64,000 bases of DNA from Alphaproteobacteria bacterium (GTDB taxonomy: Bacteria > Pseudomonadota > Alphaproteobacteria > SP197): NCBI GenBank assembly GCA_964291265.2, contig OZ219747.1, positions 1,920,001-1,984,000 on the forward strand, in the 5' to 3' direction. The notes under the pieces were generated by a model. It had not been told where the DNA came from and ran no database searches. It saw nothing but the letters and a program-made list of their open reading frames with translations. The position numbers and the translations under genes were made by a program. Of this stretch, positions 10,415 through 20,211 are shown in pieces; positions within the stretch are counted from its first letter, which is position 1; every line of letters starts with the position of its first letter.

Positions 10415-11717
10415 GTGGCGCGTGTCGCGGTCATCGCCGTGCTGGTGGCTGCCGTCAGCAGCGTGGATGCCCATGAACCCTCTGCGTCTTCAGGTCTGAG
10501 CGATCTGCAGTTCGGCCGGCTTCTCCTGCAGGCCGGTCGACCGCAGGACGCTCACGCCTTCATCGAACAGGCACGTCCCGCCGATGACGAAGAGGCGATC
10601 GCGCGTCTCTTCATGCTCGGGCGTATCGAGATGCGCCTCGGCCTGCCGCGCATGGCGGCACGGCGTTTCGAGGCCATCCTCGAACGCCGCGCCGATCTTC
10701 CCCGCGTACGTCTCGAACTCGCGGCTGCATACTTCGCGGCTGAGCGCGATGACGAGGCACGGCATCACTTCGAGGAAGCCCTGGCCGGACGCCTTCCATC
10801 GTCCGTTGCGACCGTGGTCAGGAGTTTTCTCGATCAACTCGACAATCGCAGGCGATGGACGCTGTCGCTGTCCGCTGGGCTGGCCTCGGAGTCCAATCCG
10901 GGCCATCGACCGGCCGGGCGGACAGTGCTGATCGGTGGAGTCCCATGGACACTCGATGCCGACAGTCGGGCGAAGTCGGGAACGGGAATTCAGATCTCGG
11001 GCGGTGTCTCTTTCAGCCCCCCCCATCGGGGAGGACGTGCGCGGTGTAGCGTCGGTTTCCGCGGCGGCGAAGTTCTATCGACGACGTACCTGGAACGACG
11101 TGTCGTTGGCAACGGACCTCGGCCTCGCTTCGCTCTCCGACAGGTCCAGCCTGTCCGGTGGCCTGAGAGTCGGCAGACGCTGGCTCGGCAACCGTGGTTA
11201 CAGCCTCAGCGCCGGCCCATGGCAGCGCGGCACCTGGCAGGTGTCAGAGATCACCCGTGTGGGGGTGGCCGGCGACCTTCTTGGCTTCAGGCACGATGAC
11301 GTTCCAGGTCGTGATGGATGGCGCCTGTCGATCAGACCGAACCTGTTTCATGCGCTGGACCGTCGCAGTACAATGGCGGTCGCCCTTGACTTGGAATCCA
11401 TGGTCTCCCGCCAGCGACACTTCGGAAGCCGCATGGCAGGGCTGGAGGTGACCGTGACTCACGTCTTCGAAGGGGGACTGTCCGTCGCACCGACGCTGGG
11501 TGTGTGGTTCCGTCGATACGGTGGCCGTGATCCGTTGTTCGACAGGGTCAGGAAAGACACCACCATCCGGCCAGCGGTGACGATTCGCCACCAGTCACTG
11601 CACGCCATGGGGTTGACGCCTCATGTCGGTTACAGGTTCGAGACCGTGCGCTCCAGTCTCGACATTCATTCGTTCGGGAATCACGCTGTGGAAGTCGGAG
11701 TGTCGAGAACTTTCTGA
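10415..11717 (+). pseudogene. Surface lipoprotein assembly modifier (Slam; TPR plus DUF560-type barrel), frameshifted at C8 11017-11024
   Basis: N-part ARLFMLG...RVRLELAAAYF...A..HF; barrel part in the next frame ends in VSRTF; the frames switch at the homopolymer. Confidence 0.8.
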
Positions 11718-11959
11718 GGCGTTCAATGGGTAACGTGGGTCCTGTCCAGGATTCCCGGAGGCGAGTCCCGGGCTTCGGGCGCCCGTGCACCACTCAGGGT
11801 TAAGAAAGCTCCGATGTGCGTGTCCGGGAGATGCGTGCGTTCGCGACTTCACGGGCGTCGCTCATGTGCTTGAAGAAGGCATGTTCCGCATCATGGCGAT
11901 GGAGATCATAGTCCCCGCCACTCGATTCCAGGGCCTCCCCGGGATCATCCACGGCATTG

Positions 11960-12360
11960 GACGTACTCCGGTCGTCAGGATGCCGACGACTGGAGCCATA
12001 TGGTCGTACGCCCTTGCCGCAGCGCCGTCATGCTGCGATGCCGACCCGGGCCTCCTTGAGTATGCAGAGGATCTTCTCGTTGCGGCCTGGTGTTGATGCT
12101 CTCGATGCAGCCGTTCTCCCAGGGTAAGTCCGGCTCGAAGAAGGCGGTCCGGGCGCCAACCGCGGCGGTCCACCGATTGACCGGCGGCGCACTCCGGTCC
12201 GTTGGCGGAGCGGAGCGAGGCCGGGGACGCCGCGCAGGATGAACAGGTCGGTCAGCATGTCGGTGGGGGAAGGCTTGCGCCGTACCTGTATCGTCAGGTT
12301 TTCACGGATGAGCTCGTCCAGAGCGTTCGGCATGCGCAACGTCCGGCCGTCATGGGTCCG
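11960..12360 (-). pseudogene. IS3-family transposase (integrase core) remnant
   Basis: THDGRTLRM..LDE..RE.LTIQVRRK..LTDLFILRGVP and LKEARV fragments with frameshifts; boundaries approximate. Confidence 0.65.
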
Positions 12361-12399
12361 CCCTCCCGTCGCGCAGGCCACAGGTGCTCGGCACGCTCG

Positions 12400-12596
12400 T
12401 CGTTGATCTGCCAGCCGGCATCGTCGAAGGTCTTCCGGATTCCCTGGCCCCGTGCCGGGGTGAATGAAGCAGTGTCGGGCGCCCGAGGGCATGATGCGGA
12501 TGCCAAGGCCTTCAGTTCGACAAGGCGCCCATCCAGGAGGGTCATCTCTGGCTTGAGCGTATCGACCCGGTTGCGAGTGAGGTGTCGTGTGGCCAT
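12400..12596 (-). pseudogene. Tyrosine integrase arm-binding domain remnant
   Basis: LTRNRVDTLKP...ELK / GLGIRIMPSGARHCFIH across frames; boundaries approximate. Confidence 0.5.
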
Positions 12597-12808
12597 GTTC
12601 CCTCCGGCGTTCCGTGACCCTAATGAGGCTATGCCTCAGACCGACGAGAGACGTCGCGGAAGGCATCGCCTTTCCGTCCATCGTTGCAGAAACGACAAGA
12701 GTGAATTGCATTGTATCAGGTGATTGGTATCACAGGTGCGGCCTCTTGTGCAGCACGGATTGGCCGATATCGTGTGTTCCGGTGTTGGACACGAACACGG
12801 TGGCAGGC

Positions 12809-14110
12809 ATGATGACACGAGGTGCGCAGTCGTCTCTCCGCCAGAGAGCCGCGAGAGCCCTTCCCGGCGGCACGTTCGGCAACGTCTCCGGAGACCTCTT
12901 CATAACCCGGGGCAGCGGCAGCCGCGTGTGGGACGACGAAGGCCGCGAGTACATCGACTACCTCATCGGATCGGGGCCCATGATCATCGGGCATGCCCAT
13001 CCCGAGGTCACGAGCGCCGTGCGCGGCCAGCTCGAAACGGGGACGACGTTCTTTGCCAGCAATCCCGAGGGCATCGCCCTGGCGGAAGCCATCATTGAAG
13101 CCGTGCCGGTCGCCGAGAAGGTTCGTTTCACGAGCACGGGCTCCGAGGCCGACGCCTTTGCCATGCGCCTTGCCCGCGCCCATACGGGACGTCCGAAGAT
13201 CCTCAAGTTCGAGGGTGGTTACCATGGCTACAGCGATTACGGACTGATGAGCCTCGCCCCGAAGACGCCGGGCAACTCGTCCCGCCCGATTCCCGATTCG
13301 GCGGGCATTCCCGAGGCGGTGAGGGACACGGTCCTCGTGGCGCCGTTCAATGATGCAGGCGCGGTGGAGAGTCTGCTGAGGGAATACGGTTGTGAGATTG
13401 CAGCGGTCTTCCTCGAGCCGATGCAGCGTCTGATACCGCCGCAGCCAGGCTTCCTTGCCGCCCTCCGGGATCTGACGCGCGAGCACGATGTGCTCCTCGT
13501 GTTCGACGAGGTGGTCACGGGATTCCGGCTGGGCATGGGCGGCGCCCAGGAATACTACGGCGTCGTGCCGGACCTGTGCACGCTTGGCAAGGTGATCGGC
13601 GGCGGCTTCCCGCTTGCAGCCATCGCCGGACGCGAGGACATCCTGGCCGCCTTTGACAGCGAGCAGGCCGATCCCGGACGGTTCGTGCCACAGGTCGGCA
13701 CCCTCTCCGGCAATCCCGTGGCGGCCGTGGCCGGTCTTGCAACACTCGACGTCCTGTCGCGCCCGGGCACCTTCGAGCGCCTCTTCGACACGGGCGGGCG
13801 GCTGATGACGGCCCTCGAGGACATCCTTGCCGCCAACGGAATCGAAGGCCGCGTGATCGGCGAGCCTCCTCTCTTCGATGTCGTTTTCACGCAAGGCACC
13901 GTCAGCAATCACCGCGACATGCTGGCTGCCAATTCCACGATGCTGAAGCGATTCAATGCTCTCCTCGGTGAGAACGGCGTGCTCAAGGCGGATTCCAAGA
14001 TCTATGTCTCCACGGCCATCAGCGACGAGGACATCACCCGGACGGTCGCCGCAATGGAGGACGCCATCAGCCGCCTCGCCCAGGAACGTCACGCCGGTCT
14101 CCTCCCGTGA
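12809..14110 (+). CDS. Class III PLP aminotransferase (glutamate-1-semialdehyde aminomutase-like)
   Basis: G..VWDDEGREYIDY, TSTGSEA, FEGGYHG, VFDEVVTGFR, DLCTLGKVIGGGFP and GTLSGNP motifs. Confidence 0.9.
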   Translation: MMTRGAQSSLRQRAARALPGGTFGNVSGDLFITRGSGSRVWDDEGREYIDYLIGSGPMIIGHAHPEVTSAVRGQLETGTTFFASNPEGIALAEAIIEAVPVAEKVRFTSTGSEADAFAMRLARAHTGRPKILKFEGGYHGYSDYGLMSLAPKTPGNSSRPIPDSAGIPEAVRDTVLVAPFNDAGAVESLLREYGCEIAAVFLEPMQRLIPPQPGFLAALRDLTREHDVLLVFDEVVTGFRLGMGGAQEYYGVVPDLCTLGKVIGGGFPLAAIAGREDILAAFDSEQADPGRFVPQVGTLSGNPVAAVAGLATLDVLSRPGTFERLFDTGGRLMTALEDILAANGIEGRVIGEPPLFDVVFTQGTVSNHRDMLAANSTMLKRFNALLGENGVLKADSKIYVSTAISDEDITRTVAAMEDAISRLAQERHAGLLP

Positions 14111-15237
14111 CGGGGGTCAGCGTCGATCCCTCCGGAGCGTTCCTGACCCTGGGATCCAGGCGCTTCCACGCCATCTGGTTGCGCGACAATGCGGCTGATC
14201 CCGGGACCCGTGACCCCGGCAACGGTCAGCGGCTGATTGCGCCGGGCGCCATTCCGCCCGATCTCCGCATCAACTCTGCGGCCATCTGCAACGGCACGCT
14301 CATGGTCGAATTCGCGCCGGAGATGAGGACGATCGCCTTCGAGTTGTCCTGGCTCGCGCGGAATGCCTACGACCGGTCAGGGGTTGACGGGCGCGGCTGG
14401 ACGGATCCGATGATCGCCACGTGGACAGGGTCGCTTCTGGAAGAGGTGCCGTCTGCGGACCTCGAGGCCCTGGAGAGGCGCGGCGCGAGGTTGCGCGACT
14501 GGCTGGGCCATGTCCGGCGCTACGGCGTGGCGCGGGTGATCGACGGACCGACGGTACCCGGGGCACTCTTTCGCGTTGTCGATCTCTTCGGTCACGTGAG
14601 GGAAACCAACTACGGCCGGCACTTTGACGTCCGCAACCAGGTGAACCCGGTGAATCTCGCCTACACCGGACGCGCCCTCCAGGCCCACACCGACAATCCC
14701 TACCGGGATCCGGTGCCCACCGTTCAGGTGCTCTACTGCCTCGAGAGTTCCCAGGGCGGCGGCGACAGCGTGGTCATTGACGGATTTGCCGCCGTCTGCC
14801 GCTTGCGTGAAGAGAACCCGGATCACTTCGATGTGCTCGCTGATCACTGCGCACGCTTTGCCTTCGACGGCGAGGACGGTGTCTATCTCGCTGCCCGCCG
14901 CCCGCTGATTGAACTGGCGCCCGATGGGGAACTCCTGTGCGTGCGTTTCAACAACCGGTCGCTGGCAGCCGTGAGGGATGTGCCCTTCGAGCGCATGGCC
15001 CTGTGGTACGCCGCCTACCGGCACCTTGGCGACATCATCGACGACCCGATGATGGCGGTCACGTTCCGCCTGGAACCGGGCGAGTGCCTTGTCGTCGACA
15101 ACACCCGCGTGCTTCACGGCCGTACGGCATGGACAGGCGCCGGCGACCGCTGGCTCCAGGGCTGCTATGCCGATATGGACGGGTTGCGCTCGACACACGA
15201 GGCGATGGTGCACGCAACATCGCGAGCGCCTGTCTGA
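14107..15237 (+). CDS. tmpA: Gamma-butyrobetaine hydroxylase-like Fe/2OG dioxygenase, probable 2-(trimethylammonio)ethylphosphonate dioxygenase
   Basis: WLRDNA N-terminal domain, HTDNPYRDPVP, DNTRVLHGR and RWLQGCY; directly coupled to an HD oxygenase gene. Confidence 0.75.
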   Translation: MTGVSVDPSGAFLTLGSRRFHAIWLRDNAADPGTRDPGNGQRLIAPGAIPPDLRINSAAICNGTLMVEFAPEMRTIAFELSWLARNAYDRSGVDGRGWTDPMIATWTGSLLEEVPSADLEALERRGARLRDWLGHVRRYGVARVIDGPTVPGALFRVVDLFGHVRETNYGRHFDVRNQVNPVNLAYTGRALQAHTDNPYRDPVPTVQVLYCLESSQGGGDSVVIDGFAAVCRLREENPDHFDVLADHCARFAFDGEDGVYLAARRPLIELAPDGELLCVRFNNRSLAAVRDVPFERMALWYAAYRHLGDIIDDPMMAVTFRLEPGECLVVDNTRVLHGRTAWTGAGDRWLQGCYADMDGLRSTHEAMVHATSRAPV

Positions 15238-15827
15238 TGGGCCATGCCATCATCGATTGCCTGGCTGCCATCTTCGAGGACGTGGCGGCTGTCGAATACC
15301 TTGGCGAGGACGTGACGGTTGCCGAACACATGCTGCAGAGTGCCACCCTCGCCCAGAGGGCCCGCAGAAAGGACTCGGTCATCGTTGGTGCGCTGCTCCA
15401 TGATATCGGCCATCTCGCGGGCGACTCCGGAATGTTCTCCATGACGGACACTGAGGACCGCCGCCACGAAGTGGTCGGCGCCCGACTGGTAGCGCGGTTC
15501 CTTCCCGCCGTCGTGACCGACTGCATCCGACACCACGTGGCGGCCAAGCGTTACCTCTCGGCCACAAGGCGTGGTTACCTTGACAGGCTGAGCGACGCGT
15601 CGCTCCATTCGCTCTCCCTGCAGGGCGGACCGATGAGAGCACGCGAGGCCGAACGATTTGCCCGACATCCGCACCTTGACGAGATCATCACCGTGCGACT
15701 CCTGGATGACGCCGGAAAGCGACCTGGCGTGAAAACACCCGGATTTCCGCACTTTGTCCCGATCATCGAGCGCTTGGTGGAGGGACACGGGCCCAACCAG
15801 AGCAAGGAGACGCATGATGCTGCTTGA
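15237..15827 (+). CDS. tmpB: PhnZ/TmpB-like HD-domain phosphonate oxygenase
   Basis: YLGEDVTVAEHMLQ, ALLHDIGH, HE, HHVAAKRYL and LS.AS..SL.LQGGPM motifs; TGATG overlap with the upstream gene. Confidence 0.75.
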   Translation: MGHAIIDCLAAIFEDVAAVEYLGEDVTVAEHMLQSATLAQRARRKDSVIVGALLHDIGHLAGDSGMFSMTDTEDRRHEVVGARLVARFLPAVVTDCIRHHVAAKRYLSATRRGYLDRLSDASLHSLSLQGGPMRAREAERFARHPHLDEIITVRLLDDAGKRPGVKTPGFPHFVPIIERLVEGHGPNQSKETHDAA

Positions 15828-16149
15828 CGTACGAACCTACACCTGCCGTCCCGGCATGCTGAAGAAACACATGGAACTCTACGAAGCCCTTGGCAAGGAG
15901 CCGCAGACGAGGCATCTCGGACAGCCCCTGGCATGGCTCGTCACCGAGACCGGCAATCCCAATCAGTTCCTCCATATCTGGGTCTACGAGAATGCCGCTG
16001 ATCGCGAGGCACGCCGGAAGGCGATGCAGGCGGACCCGGACTGGCAGAACTACCTGGCCCGGAGTGCCGAACTCGGCGCCCTGGTCAACCAGGAGAACCG
16101 GCTCATGACGCCGGCCAGCTTCTTTCCGGCGCCCACCCGCCGATCATGA
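15817..16149 (+). CDS. NIPSNAP family protein
   Basis: DVRTYTCRPG, TETGNPNQFLHIWVYENAADREARR and ADPDW; SD AAGGAG. Confidence 0.88.
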   Translation: MLLDVRTYTCRPGMLKKHMELYEALGKEPQTRHLGQPLAWLVTETGNPNQFLHIWVYENAADREARRKAMQADPDWQNYLARSAELGALVNQENRLMTPASFFPAPTRRS

Positions 16150-16841
16150 TCATGCCGGTCATTGCCGGCGACCCGCTGTCCTTTCCACAGCGAAGCGGTC
16201 TCGATTTTCCGCGCACGGCGCTTCTTGTTATCGACATGCAGCGCGATTTTTGTGGGGAGAACGGCTACATGCACCGCCTCGGAGTCGATCTGTCGCGCCT
16301 GAGGCAGCCTGTCGCGCCGATTCGCCGTGTCCTCGACGCGGCCCGGCGGTGCGGACTCACGGTCTGCCACGCACGCGAGGGATATGCGCCGGACCTCTCG
16401 GACCTGCAGCCCTGGAAGGTTGGCGGTGCCGCCAACGAAGCCATCGGCAGCTCCGGGCCCCTGGGCCGGGCGCTCGTCCGTGGCGAGGAGGGATGGCACA
16501 TCATCGACGAGCTCGCTCCGTTGCCTGGCGAGGACGTGTTCGACAAGGCAAGCTACGGGGTCTTTGCGACAACCGGGATCGGCGCCGACTTTCGGGCGCG
16601 TGACATTCGGGCTGCGATCCTTGTCGGGCTCACCACGGACTGCTGTGTCACGTCGACGCTGCGCGAGGCCCTGGATCGTGGCATCGAGTGCTTGGTCGTG
16701 GAGGACTGCACGGCTGCAGCGAACCAGCGGCGGCATGACGCTGCCATCGACCTCATCCGCTCGTCCGGCGGCGTCTTCGGAACTCTCGCTGGTAGCAGCG
16801 ATGTCATCGAGACACTTGAAACGGCACGCTGCCAACGGTGA
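16146..16841 (+). CDS. Cysteine hydrolase (isochorismatase family, biuret-hydrolase-like)
   Basis: ALLVIDMQRDF, REGYAPDLSDL, LVRGEEGW, DK, GLTTDCCV and GGVFG motifs. Confidence 0.85.
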   Translation: MIMPVIAGDPLSFPQRSGLDFPRTALLVIDMQRDFCGENGYMHRLGVDLSRLRQPVAPIRRVLDAARRCGLTVCHAREGYAPDLSDLQPWKVGGAANEAIGSSGPLGRALVRGEEGWHIIDELAPLPGEDVFDKASYGVFATTGIGADFRARDIRAAILVGLTTDCCVTSTLREALDRGIECLVVEDCTAAANQRRHDAAIDLIRSSGGVFGTLAGSSDVIETLETARCQR

Positions 16842-16890
16842 CGTTGTCGTCAGCATCACTTCACGCTAGCGTGTCGTCCTGGAGGCTTCC

Positions 16891-17763
16891 ATGGTGACGT
16901 TGACGCCGCTTGATGCGGCCTTCGGAGTGGAGATTCACGGAGTCCGGCTTGCCGACGATATCGCCGACCGGGTCATGCGCACCCTCGTGGAGGCGCTTCA
17001 TGCCCATCGCGTGATCGTCATCAGGGACCAGAACCTCGACAAGGACCGGTTTCTCCGGTTTGGCAGGCTATGGGGCGACCCCATTCCCCATGTCCTCGAT
17101 CACATGCGCATGGAGAACTATCCCGAACTCATGGCCGTGGGCAACACGGAGGAGCGGGACAGGGACGCGAAGATTCGCAACGGCGCCGCCCTGTGGCACA
17201 CCGACCAGTCCTACGAGAAGGTGCCGGCGAGCGCCACCATGCTCTATTCGATCCTGGCGCCCCGGGAAGGGGGCGAAACGCGGTTCTGCGACATGGCGGG
17301 GGCCTATGATTCCCTCGACGCCGCCACCAGGGAGAGGATCGATTCCCTCGAAGTGGCGCACAAGTACGGTCGTGGCCGCCGCCTTGCAGGCGAAGCCGCG
17401 GCCAATCCGATCATCAGCGATGACCAGGATCGCCGGGTGCCGCCGGTCCACCACCCCCTGGTGATGCGCCATCCGGTCACCGGCAGGAAGGCGCTCTACG
17501 CCCTCGGTCACGGAGCCTACACCATCAGGGACGTGGCCTCCGACGAGGCCGGAGAGTTGCTTGATTCGCTGAAGGCCCACGCCCTGCGCGAAGAACACAT
17601 CTACCGCCACCGCTATCGCCCGGGCGATCTTGTCGTCTGGGACACCCTGCAGACGATGCATGCGGCGAGCCCCATTGCATTCGCCTCGTCGCCGGAGAAC
17701 GCCCGCCTTCTCTGGCGGATCAGCGTGCGCGGCCTGCCGGAAATCCTGTCACGGAGCGCCTGA
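16891..17763 (+). CDS. TauD/TfdA family Fe/2OG dioxygenase
   Basis: WHTDQSY, GGETRFCD, HPLVMRHPVTGRKAL and GDLVVWD..TMH motifs. Confidence 0.9.
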   Translation: MVTLTPLDAAFGVEIHGVRLADDIADRVMRTLVEALHAHRVIVIRDQNLDKDRFLRFGRLWGDPIPHVLDHMRMENYPELMAVGNTEERDRDAKIRNGAALWHTDQSYEKVPASATMLYSILAPREGGETRFCDMAGAYDSLDAATRERIDSLEVAHKYGRGRRLAGEAAANPIISDDQDRRVPPVHHPLVMRHPVTGRKALYALGHGAYTIRDVASDEAGELLDSLKAHALREEHIYRHRYRPGDLVVWDTLQTMHAASPIAFASSPENARLLWRISVRGLPEILSRSA

Positions 17764-17766
17764 TCG

Positions 17767-18177
17767 ATGGCGCCGGTCAGGGGAGGGTGCCTGTGCGGCG
17801 CCGTGCGCTATCACATCGATGCATCACCGCTGTGGACGGCCTACTGCCACTGCCGGAGTTGCCGGCGCGCCACCGGCACTCCCGTTGCAGCCCTTGTCGG
17901 CGCAGCGGCCTCGTCGGTGACCTTCACTGCCGGCAATCGGGCCATCCATGAATCCTCACCCGGTGTCAGGCGTGGGTTCTGTGCTTCGTGCGGAACGCCG
18001 TTGACCTATGAATCCGACGATGTCCCCGGTGAAATCCACTTCTACACCGGCACCTGTGATGATGCCGATTCCCTGCCACCCACCCTCCATGTCTGGTGCG
18101 AGGCAGCCCTTGCATGGTTCGATACCGACGATGCGCTTGTCCGTCACGACAGAGGCAGTGGGCGCCTGGACAGCTGA
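17767..18177 (+). CDS. GFA/CENP-V family zinc protein
   Basis: GGCLCGAVRY, CHCRSCRR and RGFCASCGTPL motifs. Confidence 0.9.
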   Translation: MAPVRGGCLCGAVRYHIDASPLWTAYCHCRSCRRATGTPVAALVGAAASSVTFTAGNRAIHESSPGVRRGFCASCGTPLTYESDDVPGEIHFYTGTCDDADSLPPTLHVWCEAALAWFDTDDALVRHDRGSGRLDS

Positions 18178-18185
18178 GAGCGGCG

Positions 18186-18401
18186 TCAGGCAAGAAGGGC
18201 GAAGGCACCGCCGATGGCGATGATCACGAAGCCCATGATCATGAACTTCGCCATCGACTGCCTGAAGGCCGGGTTCGTGATATCCGCATGGTCGCGCTGG
18301 TGTTCCGTGAAGCTCAGGTTGAGAATGTTGGCGAGCGACAGCAGCCCGAATCCGACGATCATGATGCCCAGGGTGATGAAGACGACGGCGACCGTTTCCA
18401 T
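18186..18401 (-). CDS. Small two-helix membrane protein
   Basis: METVAVVFITLGIMIVGFGLL...FMIMGFVIIAIGGAFALLA; two hydrophobic segments. Confidence 0.5.
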   Translation of the reverse strand: METVAVVFITLGIMIVGFGLLSLANILNLSFTEHQRDHADITNPAFRQSMAKFMIMGFVIIAIGGAFALLA

Positions 18402-18853
18402 GGCTGCCGATGGTACACGAAGGCAGAGGCGATTCCCAGGGATGCCGATCACGGCCCTGGCCGCCCCGACTGAATTGCTCCGGTGCTCCTTCTTGCGTCT
18501 TCACGAAGCGGACGGTCCCGGCCTCACGAACGGCGTCGACGGTTTCGATCGAGGGAATCGACGTGCATCCGAGGCCATGACTGACGTCTGGACAGGCCTG
18601 GGCTCTGGGCACAGGCCGTGGTATCTGCCGAACATGTCCTGCAACCTTGGCAATCACGCTTCTCCGAAGGCTGCAACGCCGTGAGACAGTCCAGCTGGCA
18701 GCGCGGCTCGACGGCTCCCAAGAATTTCACCTGGCGGACATGGGCGAAGGCAAGATCGCGACGATTGTGCTCGCGACTTCGCCGCAGATGCGGGACTCAT
18801 CTTCAAGGACAGAAGAAACAGATCAGGGGATGGGTGTGGTGGTGCGCTGTGCT

Positions 18854-19028
18854 GCAAGCGTTCGGTCACGTGGTGAGGACTGATTCTGGTTGGTTCCGGT
18901 CGTCAGCATTCGGTCAAAGGGGCGAGGATGATGGACATGACAGTGACATCTGCGCATTGTCCCGGTTTTCACTCAGCATTCTCTCAGACGCCATCATCCC
19001 CTTCATGACCGCGTGACCGAACGCCTAT
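18854..19028. mobile_element. 175-bp IS66-type MITE, or left-end region of the IS66 element
   Basis: GCAAGCGTTCGGTCACGTGGTGA at 18854 and ATGACCGCGTGACCGAACGCCTAT ending 19028; both resemble the IS66 terminal IR at 22931-22954. Confidence 0.7.
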
Positions 19029-20185
19029 CCGTGCCTGGGCCTGGCGGCTAGCACATCATCAAGGCTCATGGCCACCAGCACCGCCTCCGCCCAGGCCTCC
19101 AGTTCGGCGGCCGACGCGCCGCGGACCCGCTCGCGGACCGCGCCCGGCACATCACCGAAGCGCAAGGACAGTTGACGAAGAAGAAGTTCCGCGAGGGCCT
19201 CGCTCCGGCCTCGCTCGATTCCCTTCTCGATTCCCTCGGCTCTTCCCCTCTCGAGTCCTCTCTGGAGTCCCCTCTCGAGTCCTCTCTGAAGTCCCCTCTC
19301 GAGTCCTCTCTGAAGTCCCCTCTCGAGTCCTCTCTCGAGTCCCTCGGCTCTTCCCTGCTCAAGCCAGGTTTGTGCGATCGTGCCCATCAGAACCTCCCAA
19401 TGGTCCGGCTTCGTCCGGCGCAGTGACGCCTCCAGCATGGCCGGCGTCAGGCCTTTGTGCTCGGTCATATAGCGCACAATATGACGCTCGAACGCGCTCC
19501 CCGCAACCGGCCCGCCCGTTATCGCGTCCAGAAGCTCGGGGAGCACCTCCTTGGCAAAGGCAAACCTGAGGGCCAGAAGCCCGGACCGCACCTCGGGCGA
19601 GGTCGACAGCCGGTCCGGCGCCACCTCCCCGAGGTCGTGCACCACATAGGCGAACTCCCTGACGAACGACTCCATCCCCTCGGGCGCGTCGATCATCTCC
19701 AGCACCGAGCGCGCCGCCTTCCAGCGCCCCCGGCCGTGATAGAAGACCAGGGGGATGATCGCCGGCAGCTTGATGTCGTTCCCGCCGTCCTCGCTCTTGC
19801 TCCGCTCGCTCTTGCTCCGCTCGATCTCGCTCCGCCAGATGTTGACCATGTATCCCAGGAGCTGGAGCGGCGTCGCGGCGTCGACCTGGCTCTTGTGTTC
19901 GAGCAGCACGTAGAGGCGCGCATCTTGGCCGTCCTTCAATCTCACCCGGAACAGCGCATCGCACTGGCTGCTATGGGCGTCCTCGTCGACGAAACTGCCC
20001 TTGACCGCCTCGAGCGGCGCCTTGAGGTCGAGGAGGGCAGCCACCTTCGGCGGCAGGTAGTCGGTGAGCAGCGAAGCGGCGCGGGACGGTTCGGAGACCA
20101 GCGCCCGGAACAGCGCATCGTGACGCTTCACCGGAAATTTCTTCTTGCGAAAGGCCTCCGGCGTCTCAACGGGCATCACGCTCAC
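19025..20185 (-). CDS. Rpn/YhgA-family PD-(D/E)XK nuclease with DUF4351-like C-terminus; start uncertain (20131-20185)
   Basis: HDALF, CDALFRV, LYVLLEHKS, LPAIIPLVFYHG, MGTIAQ..LEQG, repeats, and LLRQL..RFGDVP motifs. Confidence 0.9.
   Translation of the reverse strand: MSVMPVETPEAFRKKKFPVKRHDALFRALVSEPSRAASLLTDYLPPKVAALLDLKAPLEAVKGSFVDEDAHSSQCDALFRVRLKDGQDARLYVLLEHKSQVDAATPLQLLGYMVNIWRSEIERSKSERSKSEDGGNDIKLPAIIPLVFYHGRGRWKAARSVLEMIDAPEGMESFVREFAYVVHDLGEVAPDRLSTSPEVRSGLLALRFAFAKEVLPELLDAITGGPVAGSAFERHIVRYMTEHKGLTPAMLEASLRRTKPDHWEVLMGTIAQTWLEQGRAEGLERGLERGLQRGLERGLQRGLERGLQRGLERGRAEGIEKGIERGRSEALAELLLRQLSLRFGDVPGAVRERVRGASAAELEAWAEAVLVAMSLDDVLAARPRHG
19245..19340. repeat. Four tandem 24-bp units (12-bp subunits) encoding GLER/GLQR in Rpn
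   Basis: CCCCTCTCGAGTCCTCTCT(G/C)(G/A)AGT x4. Confidence 0.9.
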
Positions 20186-20211
20186 GGGCTGGAAGAGGGA
20201 AGGTGGTCGTC

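Noticed and set aside
19245-19340. CRISPR-like short repeats
   Set aside because: No spacers; these are in-frame coding repeats typical of Rpn C-termini.
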